Assembly (NCBI RefSeq): GCF_964204865.1
Contig: NC_135253.1
Span: 23,746,001-23,810,000, forward strand
DNA: 64,000 nt
Source: Styela clava
Taxonomy: Eukaryota
Direction: 5' to 3'
The notes beneath the pieces are model-generated. The model saw only the letters and a program-made list of their open reading frames with translations. It made no database searches and was not told where the DNA came from. Shown here piece after piece: positions 53,401 to 64,000 of the stretch. The first letter of the stretch is position 1. The number at the start of each line of letters is the position of its first letter. The position numbers and the translations under genes were made by a program.

Positions 53401-54017
53401 GGAAGGTAGTAGTTCATGAGCCCGGAATTCGAGGTTTCGACATTGCCTACCCAATTTATTTCACCTTAATCGAGTAGTTGGGATTTGATCCAATATTTTT
53501 AGCATACGAAGCCAACTAACATCGTAGAAGCCAATGCTCCAAACATTGGTATACCGAGCCCAGAAGTGAGGGTGACTGCTGCCTCTGAGACCTTTTTTAG
53601 TGCAAAGAATCATAAAGCAATAGTTTTTAGTTTATTGCGAGTAACGCATCTAGATTGTCTTTTATGGGTGCGATGAATTGCCGAAGGATAATTCGCGGTG
53701 GCCCAGGATAGAATTAACATAGTACTGTATAGGATTATCTTTTTTATCCCGGGGGAGAGTAAAGTCGACAAGACGGCCTAGTCATATGGAGAACCACGGC
53801 CCCTCGTCCGGTTACCAGTTCATGTCGGGTATGAGATTAGTTATTTGTTTTCGGAAGCATATACCTGATATCCTCATACCCTGGCGATTGGCCATCATTG
53901 AGCACTAACTATAATGACTTCAAAGCTCTGATCAATTTCCTTATCTCGGCAGTAACCACGAACCTTATTAACCTTTCAATATTCAGTATCTTCAATGCCT
54001 CGTACAGGCGAATAATC

Positions 54018-54196
54018 GGTACTTCCGTAGTGTGTGTACCAGGTTAGGGTTAGGCCATAATTTTATTCCGATATTCCTTATTTCAGTTCTTTTGAGAATT
54101 CGGGGACTGTCTGTGTTAGCCAAGTGAATACACCCCCTGTCCATTGTAACCAGTTTTTTTACATTACTTTATTGGCGCATACACTTCTGGAGCGCC
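54018..54196. mobile_element. Family A MITE, asymmetric subtype, internally deleted
   Basis: TSD GAATAATC/GAACAATC; internal GGTTAGGGTTAGG. Confidence 0.85.
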
Positions 54197-56285
54197 GAAC
54201 AATCAATGCTAGAATAACCTAAAACAACAAACAATCATAGGATTGCACTGTTTCTGCATTTGCGAAAACTAAATGTAATTACATTATGAAGCGGAGTCTT
54301 TTGATGTCTAGTTTTTAGTTTTGCAAACTACATTCTACGGCAACAAGGCTGTCAAAGTAAATAGTTGGATTAGCCGAAATTGTTGTACTAATGTTGACGA
54401 ATATTAGTAATTACCATTGTATATTTCTGGTACTTGAACTGTAAATTTTTCTCTCCCCTATTCACTGCGAAATAGGCGTTACTTGAGCATATACTGATGG
54501 ATATATGGCGCTTTATAAATGCCGTTACTGTGATTACCTTCATTGAAGCTGCTCGGAGTCGTATTTTTGTATGTAACGTTTTTTTGCTGTAAACTTTTTT
54601 TTAATAAAACAATGATTGACTTTTTTATCCTATAATTACTGTTAAACTTAATCACAGATGTTGCTTCTTGTTACTAGAATTTGTTTATGCGCCCTCCCGT
54701 CACCCTGAAATGCCATTGTTACGTTGTTTTTTATTTATTGTGCGTGCTGATTGTAGACTAAAAGGCTGGGCTGGGGCAAGTTTATCATCCTAAAGTCGAA
54801 TCAAAGGATACAGTATTATCGCCATTTTTCTTGGAACAAGAATTGATAACGATATCGACTCGAATAGCATATTTTTATGAAATGATCAAGCTTTTGGTAA
54901 TTTGATTTAGGGGTAACCATATTCAAAAGTTTGGAAACCAATGTCCTAAACGCTATACCGTTCGTCCCCATCGTAGGGACGTTTTTGATTTGACACCGGG
55001 AAACTAAAAGCTTTCGTATTTTAAATTCAATTAATTAAGTTTATTATACATTTCCCAATAGCAGTTATTGTTAGAAAATGTCGCAAGTTGAAAGTAACGC
55101 AAACAAATCAAATTAAGTTGCTATGAGCAAAATTGCTATGTCAAAAATATCTCACAGTAAAATCATTTTTGGACTTCGAATATAGAGTTAACGAGTTCGT
55201 TACGAAGCGAAGAGGCTTTTATATATGTAGTGTTCCCGACCCCCGTTCTGAATAAGGTTATAAACGAGGAGCCAGTAATAAGTAAAGTCATCGCCCGTAA
55301 GGCGAAAGTATGTATTATTCAAAAAAAAAAAACGTTGAAAATATGTGGATATAACGTAAATATCCAAATTAAAGAAATGTAAACATCCGAAACAAGAGAG
55401 CAATTCTCAAATATATGGACACTTTAACCAGAGAGAAGCAGTACTTACCTTTGACGCTACCGGTACCCACAAGAATCCCGAGTTTCGCGTGAAAGTAATA
55501 TACAGAATCAAACCGGAAAGTCAGTGTTCCCATGGATAAAATGATACAGCGAAATTTTGGACGAAATATCAAATTTCATGCAAAATATGGAAATAAATAA
55601 AAGTAATAGCCTTCTGGCAAAAAAATCAATCTTTACTCACTGAAAATCTCAAAGCAATTGGTCCAGAAATCAAAGAGAAAGCGATTTCTTCAAAACGTGT
55701 CAAAGAACAACATAACAAACAAACGATCGTTATGTCCACTACGTGTCCAATAAGGAGGGAAAGATCAAATCTAACAATTAATTTTATTCAGCTCCACGCC
55801 ACTTCAGGCCCATTCAGGGGCGTGACCTACCGTTTGAGAACCACTGAATAATGCATTCTTGGAAGAGGTCTTCATTGTCTACCCAAGCTTCAGCAATGCA
55901 ATTTGAAGCAGCTATTGACACCTATTTCATCATTGAAATCTTACCCGTCTCTTGTTTAATTGTCACTTCGGTCGGTTTGCCGAGAGATATTTTATACGTC
56001 TGCAAATATCAACACAGTGTCGCGTTTCAAGAACTGGAACCGGAACTGGTAGCCTGATATTTGTAGAATTATAACGTTTGTTGTCAATCACTAAGGTTAG
56101 CGATTTATGCGTTTCAGCTTATTTTTGTACTATACGTTTACCCAAAATGTATTATTAGATAGATCTGAGAAAAAGGCAGAACCCTGGTCATTTGGAACGT
56201 AATCTAGAGTGAACATACCCTTTGCACAAAGCGTGCTAGATCACTGGAACTTTCGGGTACATTCATACACAAACAGAATTTAGAG

Positions 56286-56744
56286 CAGTGCTCTTCAACC
56301 GGGTATACGGTATACCCAAGTGTATACCAGACCATACAACTGATAAAGGGTATACGAAAGGTGTACAGCCTATAAAATATTCAATTGGATACAACAAGGC
56401 AAACGCGACGCACATGAAATGTAAAATGTCATTAACGCTAGGAACCGACGTGAGCACGTTGTTACATCACAAATTATATAGATAATACGGGCATGTGTCT
56501 GGGTTGGTGATTTCGGATTCCATGCACTTTGTTTGATTCCCGTCGACGCTAAGGCAGTCAGTCAAATTTATAACTTGCGGTCACTAGCCTATTAGATTGC
56601 ATGATGATATTGCAGTACAATATGTGCTTAAAATTTATTGTTTATTTGAGCCTTAAATAAACATTGGTATTTGTAAGGTATACAAAGTTCTTGAAAAACT
56701 GTAAAATGTATACTTCGATAAAAAAAAAAGGTTGAAGAACACTG
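56286..56744. mobile_element. hAT MITE (459 bp)
   Basis: TIR CAGTGCTCTTCAACC / GGTTGAAGAACACTG, GGGTATAC subterminal repeats, perfect TSD ATTTAGAG. Confidence 0.9.
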
Positions 56745-57772
56745 ATTTAGAGTCCTAAATGAATTTTTCATTTTGTAGAAGTAATTGAGAGACTCATGGG
56801 TCAGCGACGCTGTTTCTTCCAACTCATCAAATTTCCTCAAATAAAGCGAAAGTGTTACGTGGGCCGGTTTTGTATTTTTATTTGCAATCCTGTTGCGTGT
56901 TGTAATCGTCAAAATCGTGCCCGGTTTATGATTTACATATGTTTCAAAAACGGTTGTTTTAGCATAAAAGCAATATGAAAATGCTTTTCGGTAGAAAAAA
57001 TGCGTGCGAACGATATTATGTGTAGAACTACTGTGTGGTATCTCAATGGATATGGAGAACCACTGTTTCACGGATTGTTAGTCGTCATTTCATGTGTACC
57101 AACTTAAATATACCAGCTTGCGGTGTGGAAAGCACGAATTTCTGTCCTAATTACACGAACAGGGGCAAGGCTTTTTACCGAAAGTCTGGGTCAATCCAAA
57201 ATACTGTATTTTGGATAAAAAATTACGTGCAAAGTTGGAGGTGACCAGGATTAAATCATTTGATAATTCGAATACGTTCTGAAAATAACTTTGAATGTGA
57301 AAAACGTTCAACAAATAAATACGCTACAGAGTATTATGTATGTGTGTGCTTTGAGGGGTTTTGCAATTTAAAATACACATTATTTTATTTGTATTTTATT
57401 TTAATTATTGCTGTCGGGAGTCAAATTTTTGGAAGTTGCTCAGTTTTCGATGGCCTAAAAGAAATGGTACGAAACAGCTATTTTCAAGATGCTTGCTTAA
57501 TGGAAGGTCACGAAAACTAGATCAGAAATCAGAGTCCCTGAGCTGACCAACGGGCGACTACTAAAATGCTACGTGCTACTGACATTATAACGAATTACAA
57601 TGTGGGAGCGCACGCTATTAATACCGCATGATTGACTTGAAGCAGCTTTGTCAATACAGTCAGGAAAACAGCTATTGATTAGGTAACTCCAAGCATCTAA
57701 AGTTTTTGTAAGAAACTCTGTGCATTGAATTTTTCGGAGAAGAAATATTTTGGGCTCTTACATGGATGGGGT

Positions 57773-57952
57773 CAGTGGTGAGATTCAGCTGGTTCGCACT
57801 GGTTCTATGGAACCGTCTTATGGAATTTTATGAGATCAGCGAACCGGTTAGCATTACTGGTTACTTTCAATGTTCTGTTTGTAACAGAACCGGCTGAAAA
57901 ATATGAATTTTGTGAAGGAACCGGCTGTCAAAAAATTTGAATCCCACCACTG
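57773..57952. mobile_element. hAT MITE with GAACCGG repeats
   Basis: TIR CAGTGGTGAGATTCA / TGAATCCCACCACTG; degenerate TSD GATGGGGT/GATGAGGC. Confidence 0.85.
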
Positions 57953-58150
57953 GATGAGGCACATTTCATGCTTGCTTTTATGAAACTGGGTTGGATCTTT
58001 AAGATGCCAACAGTTCTCAACCTTGAAAAAAAAATTCCTTGTTTTTCCTAGTTTCATTGCTTGAGAATGATATTTCACTTTAGTGTTTTCACTTTATTGA
58101 GCTTGAATTGTGCAAACATAATGAGATTTAAAATTAACATACATAATAAC

Positions 58151-58272
58151 CAGTGGTGGGATTCAAATTTTTTGTCAGTTTTTTTCAGTAATGCTAACCG
58201 GTTCGCTGATCTCATAAAATTCCGTGAGACGGTTCTATAGAACCGGTGCGAACCGGCTGAATCCCACCACTG
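58151..58272. mobile_element. Same hAT MITE family, inverted, internally deleted
   Basis: Perfect TIR CAGTGGTGGGATTCA and perfect TSD ATAATAAC. Confidence 0.9.
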
Positions 58273-59286
58273 ATAATAACACTATAAATACAACTGGAAT
58301 AATCAATAGGGGGCCATAAGTGTCAAAAGAGTCTGGAAAAGGGCCACGAGCCATAAAAGGTATGAACCACTGCACTATGCTTTCTCATTAAGTATAAACT
58401 CACTTGAACTTCCCACTCCCATTTACATCATAGTACATTATAAGAAAGTTCCAACATACCATTGCGACACTCCTATCATGGAATAGTCTACCTAATGTCC
58501 TACGCTACACCGGCGCCATGTTCACGCTTTAGGTCAATTGTTAGATTTTACAAAACGAAATTGTGTTATTTTTTTGATCCATGAAATACCGGTAGCAATT
58601 TTTGTCGGCTGTAAGTTGTTTTTGCTGTCAAAACTGTCATAATTTCGAGTGCTTTTGAAATACGCGGTATAGTATTTTTAATACAATTCGGCTTAAAAAA
58701 GGTTCCAAAACCACAACTAAAAGGGGAGAAAGTTTTGATAAAAGAGCTGAGAGTGACTACGGACACTAGTCTAGGATTCCATAATATATGAGTTTATCCG
58801 CACCACAGAGACGTTCCATACGGAATTATTGGCGAGTCTCTCGAGTCAACCTTGCAAGGTTTTGATTCAATATGTGACTGAGCCATCTGATCTTGGGATG
58901 ATCTTTCATATCCGTCCCACTTGGGATGGTTACGAAAATCCTATCCTACGTTTAGTAAGGTCGGATAAGTGTGAGATGGATACAAATTTATTATTTTTGA
59001 TTCCGTATCTACCGGTGATATGAAAAATAAAAATTGGTAGGCGTTGTTAAACCGGAAATATTCCAGTTGTTTCTATAATAGTCACTCCTTGCCTATCGGT
59101 AACTGGTTGTACGAGGCCTTGTTCAGAATGAATTGTATAATATCACATTTTTCGAAAGCTTAGATTAGGTTTGAGATTGTAACAGGATTAGTGCATTTCA
59201 ACCAATTGGCCAATCCACGGATTCAAATGTGAATTTTTGTGAGCTTGTTTTTGAACCATTTTGAGTTTTCCTTATATTTATACAGA

Positions 59287-59940
59287 ATTAATAACTGAAT
59301 CTCATCAGAAAAAATAAAACCGCCATTTTTGGATACTAGTAAGGGTATCTGTTCTAGATAATAATGGGAATTGTTTACCATTATATATTAATTAAGGCAC
59401 ATTTTTTGACGCTGAAAGAGGTCAATAGCGGATTGGTAATATTTGTCTTATACCAAACATTTTCCGATTTGGAATTTTGGCTAAACATTTATGATTCAAA
59501 CAACAGCCCACCACTTCGCACAAGGTATGACAGAATTTGTGGGCAGTGCTGAATAAAGAAGATTTCATATATTTCGAAATAAGCAGCAACTTGAGTATCT
59601 TTGCATTGTATTTACAGAGCCATATTCAGAATGAAAGTGTGAAAATTCCCTCTCGTTTCCAAATATGTGATTTTGCGGACTAAATTTGTATTGTTTTTTG
59701 TTTTAGTTTGGGCCTGACACAGCAACCCTTTATATTTCTTTGCTTAAATTCAATAAATAACTGAAATTCTCATCAGTGGAAATAAAACTGGTATTTTTAA
59801 ATACAAATAGAGGTAGCTGTTCTAAATAATGACGGGAATTGTTTACCATTGTATATTGCTTAAAACACAATTTCTGCGGCTAAAAGAGGTCAAGAGCAAA
59901 CCCGAGTAAACTTAGTTATCGGATTAATGATATTTGTCTA
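59287..59940 (+). repeat. Local direct duplication (~59287-59450 and ~59752-59940)
   Basis: Shared AATAACTGAA..TCTCATCAG...CTGTTCTA...GGGAATTGTTTACCATT...AAAGAGGTCAA. Confidence 0.75.
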
Positions 59941-62625
59941 TTCTTGACCTTATGACACTACTTTTAGGAGTTCAAAGTTCGACCGGAACATTTATGGGGT
60001 CACAGGTTACACGAACACTTATTTGTTTGTTTCATTATTTCCGGGTTTGGCTTTGTAATAGGAAATACTTTAACTTAAAGTTGAACGTTATAAAATAAAA
60101 CGTGATTATACGAGTAAATATGTCATAATCTCCTAAGATTGCGTAAACACAAAGTTCGCACCATAGCGTGATGTTATTATTATCGTCATAAGGCTTCGAA
60201 CACGTGCAGACGTTGGGGCATTTACATTAATTGGAAAAGGTTTTCATCAGAGCTATGAACTGAACGCGATTTGGCACCTCACAAAGTATTTTTTAAGTTT
60301 TTTCACTCTGTACCAGACTCTGTATAAGCGTTCAGACCAAGTTTTGATCAACGCCATAGACTGTACGCTTTTCGACACCTCTTCAAATTATTTTCTACGC
60401 ATTAGTGAATGTTGTATACACAAGGGCATACTCAGGAAAGATTGACCTTCAAGAATTTTGAAAACCCACGGTCGGACCAGCTAGCTGTTACGGTCAAACT
60501 TGAAAATTAGAAATTCCAGAACCCCGCCCCCTTCATAAGTCCTTGGTTACGCCCCTGGTTGTAAATATTCTTGTTCAAAGAGAAAGCGTTAAAAACGCTC
60601 TCGTTTAAGTTGAGTTATTTCTAAGCTATTGATGGGGTTGAGTAGGCAATTCCGGACCGAAAGATACAGGTTCTCATGCATCGTGTGATATCAGTGTTTG
60701 CTCGTACATAGCCTTATTCGGGACGAAAGGTACGAATAAGCATCGCATAATAAATAATGACAAAACAATACAAATTCCTTATATAAAAATTTCTTAGTAT
60801 GTGACGAAAGCTAGTATTTATACCAGTCGCGTGTCAGAATATAAAATTAGGCCAAAAGGCATATTTTTAATATTGTTCTGACCCAAAAAACGTGTGCAGT
60901 ATCGAGACATAAGATTGTCATCAATCATCATTCATCTATCAAAATTATATGTACGAATGTTATGTCACAATTGTCAAAAATTACGTGACAATTGAACAAT
61001 TTGATCGATGCGCTCCAATGAACATCAAAGATAATTATGAGCCAACAATTCTTGCCACCGTTCCCATTCATGCGTAACAATGACCTCGCTACAGAGTTAT
61101 GACGATGAATGGGGTTAAAATTTCATTAAAAATGAAAAAATACCTTCAGAGTTTGGATTGAAATATGAATAAAGGCGAGAAAATGTATAAAAATCCCGCC
61201 CTGAACAAATATTTTGACAATAACGTGTGGAAACAAACATCAGTTTTTGTAATAAACAACTTAAACGTGGGAAAATTTGATTTTTTCTCTGTTTAGGCAA
61301 GTATAATCTCTACGTAAAGAAACATTTTTGCGCGGGCTGAAATTGATGCTACCTACGTATAGCGCAGTGGATTAAGTCTTTCTTTACCACGGGGGCATAT
61401 TCCCAAACTAATAGAAAACAGAGTGATCTTTACCTGTGAATGTGACCCCTAGTGACCAAGGAGCTAACAATAAGACGATAAGTCCGTATCTAGACCCTAT
61501 ATATCTGACATGGGTAAACTATAGCACGCGGGCCAAATCCGTCCCGTTGGGTAATTCAGTCTGGCCCGCCTGGTTATGTTATATTAAGACTGATACCCAA
61601 TTTTGATGTTTAGCTAAAATAGCTAGACAAACTCTTAATAGAACTAAAAAGAAAAAGTGGAATAAAATTATGGCCTAACTCTAACCTGGTGCACACACTT
61701 TTGTGATTCGTACAGTTGTGAGCGCAGCGCAACATTTTTTGATGCGTGAATTGACGTTCAAATGCCTCTAAATTTTACTGACTCTTCCTCAACCACCTGA
61801 AAAAGAACAATTGTCACCACGCCTTTAAAGGATTTACCGTGGATTAGAAGCCCAAACCCTGCGGATGTGGTTCAGTTAGAACGGTCATGAATGACGGAAA
61901 ACAAATCCGTGCATTGAAAAAACGTGCTTGTGTTCTTATTAAAGGTTGTGCGACACGAAATAGTAAAATTGAAAATGAGGACGAATGACGGAGTCCTACT
62001 GGCTTAGCAATCTGGGCGTGTGCACTATCTCTCTCATGGTCAGGAACGTGGCCAGGAAGTTACAAAGCCTTGGTTCTGAAATTTCTAATTGGCAAGTTAG
62101 ACCAAGTTAGTGTATTATACATAAAAATATTTTATTTTTTAGATTTCAAAAAGGGGGTTCCGACTCTTACCCGGCGTTGTTAACGATTGCCCAAAAAGGG
62201 TCATAATTTTTGAAAGTCATAGTTGATATTTTCAATCAAGAATAGATATAAAGAAGTTGTCCTTTGGAGTCGAAGCAGATTTGAACTTTCCCAAAAGCGG
62301 AATCGCCATAAAAAGCGCAATTTTTCATTTTGATAGCGTTATCACCCACAGAAAACGAATCCCATAGAAGCCACAGAAATTTTTAAAATAAATAAAAGTA
62401 AAAGCTTTGTGACGAAAATACAATTTAAACCACTGAAAAGTTGAAGCAATGGGTCCAGTAGTTAACGAGAAAGGCGAATTTTTTTACAATATTAAAAGAA
62501 ATACTAACATGACGATGAACAGCAACAAAATGATAAAAAAACCATAGTCCATTTTGTGCCCAATAAACCCAAACACTCCAACAACTTTTGAACAAAATGA
62601 CTCATAGGCTTCATGTAAAATAAAG

Positions 62626-62853
62626 GGTGCTCCCGAAGTATTCGTACAAAAGTGGCGCACAACCTGAACATAGCATGTGGTTTAGATTAGGGCTGTTCAG
62701 GTTGTGCGTCATTTTGGTACGAATACTTCTTTCTTTATTTGGCGTTCCGGAAGTATTCGTACAAAGATGGCGCACAACCTGAACATAGCATGTGGTTTAG
62801 ATTAGGGCTGTTCAGGTTGTGCGTCATTTTGGTACGAATACTTCTTGAGCGCC
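62626..62853. mobile_element. Dimer of the short family A MITE
   Basis: Units 62626-62730 and 62741-62853 in the same orientation; outer TSD AAATAAAG/AAATAAGG. Confidence 0.88.
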
Positions 62854-63353
62854 AAATAAGGAAAGATATTGTAACGTAGCTTTCTAAGGTGCGTGTGAAT
62901 GTTTCCTACATAATTTAGATGCGGTTTAGAAAATTTTGAGCAAGTTCCAAAGCCTTCCTGAAATTCATTTAGAAGCGTGGGTTTTATGTATATTCTGTGG
63001 AGCATAAAGCAAACAACAGAGATATATTAGCGACACGGTACGAAGTTTGAATGCTTCTTACACAAACAGGTTTTGCTAATGTTATTGGTACCAAAACCAC
63101 AATATCAAATGATGGGATATTTGTTAATTTTCTCTATGAATTAGTGTATAATATTTTCCATATTTAAGCAATTATCTTTATACATTTCACATCAAGCTTG
63201 CCAAATTATGTATAAACCCAATTATTATTCTGTTTATTACGCGGATTTTTAAATATTTGTATATGGTTAACGTAGATATTATAGAACTTGCGGTTACGGC
63301 CTATCCCAAGCGATTATGAGACTATATTGGCAAAGATCTTCGGTTCGGGCTCC

Positions 63354-63815
63354 GAGTGTTTTTACTAGGCTTACAAACGTTCTATGGGATTCAAACTTGC
63401 GTTGTCACAAAGGTCAGTAAAGAGTGCGATATAAAGAATGTTCCCAACCTAATAGTACAATGCACCAAGCGCCAAGATTATGCATAAAAATAGTTCAGAA
63501 AATTGTTGATGAATTTGATCTAAGCAGGGTCACGCGCACTTACTATGAAGTAAAGAGACCCGTCTCTGAGCAAAGTCACGGATACGTGAGTGTTTTTACA
63601 AACGTTTATGCCATGTAATCTATAAGATTCAAACTTGCAAAGTCACAAAGGCCAGTAAACAGTGCAATACCGTGCGTGTTCACAACTCTCAGCACTTTGC
63701 GCCATCCGTCAAATTTACTCAGTAATAGATCGGAACATTTTTTGATGAATTTGATCTAAGCAGGGTCACGAGCACTCTCAAATAAAAACGAGACTCGTCT
63801 CTGGGCAAAGTTACG
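63354..63815 (+). repeat. Tandem duplication, period ~235 bp
   Basis: GAGTGTTTTTAC at 63354/63588; identical TTGATGAATTTGATCTAAGCAGGGTCACG at 63506/63742. Confidence 0.8.
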
Positions 63816-64000
63816 TAATACAGTTGAAATACCAAGACCTACTGAAACTGTAAAGAATTAGGGTGGTGCATTACGTGCCAGATATTACCGATTAACGCTT
63901 TATTAAATAGTTTGAAGCCAATAAGATCAGGAAAACATCTGTGAGGTAGTGGATTTCGCACGCACTCGAGATAAATAGGACTCATCTCCAAGTAAATGTT

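Overview
AT-rich, repeat-laden eukaryotic (animal) genomic DNA. The BMP sequence and repeat landscape suggest an invertebrate deuterostome such as an ascidian; this is inference, not proven. I can support only one protein-coding gene in the 64 kb: a BMP2/4 (dpp-class TGF-beta ligand) on the + strand. It has two coding exons (29689-30049 and 39058-40013, 438 aa) split by a 9008-nt phase-1 intron at the position conserved in BMP2/4 genes. The rest is a gene desert filled with short non-autonomous DNA transposons. These are two GG...CC-terminal, 8/9-bp-TSD (Merlin-like) MITE families that both carry telomeric TTAGGG units (one also carries YY1-type CAAGATGGCG motifs), many hAT MITEs, a Helentron-type HINE, Tc1/mariner- and piggyBac-like MITEs, a foldback element and local duplications. 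I found no prokaryotic system, CRISPR array, rRNA/tRNA gene or intact transposase. The best leads are: the modular telomere/YY1 MITE family with very young copies upstream of BMP2/4; a ~33-aa acidic/basic prodomain insertion and extra furin-type sites in the BMP2/4 precursor; a bistable-looking structured element directly after the BMP stop codon; and a template-switch footprint in a MITE dimer. Boundaries of degenerate repeats are approximate; TSD-bounded ones are exact as read by eye.
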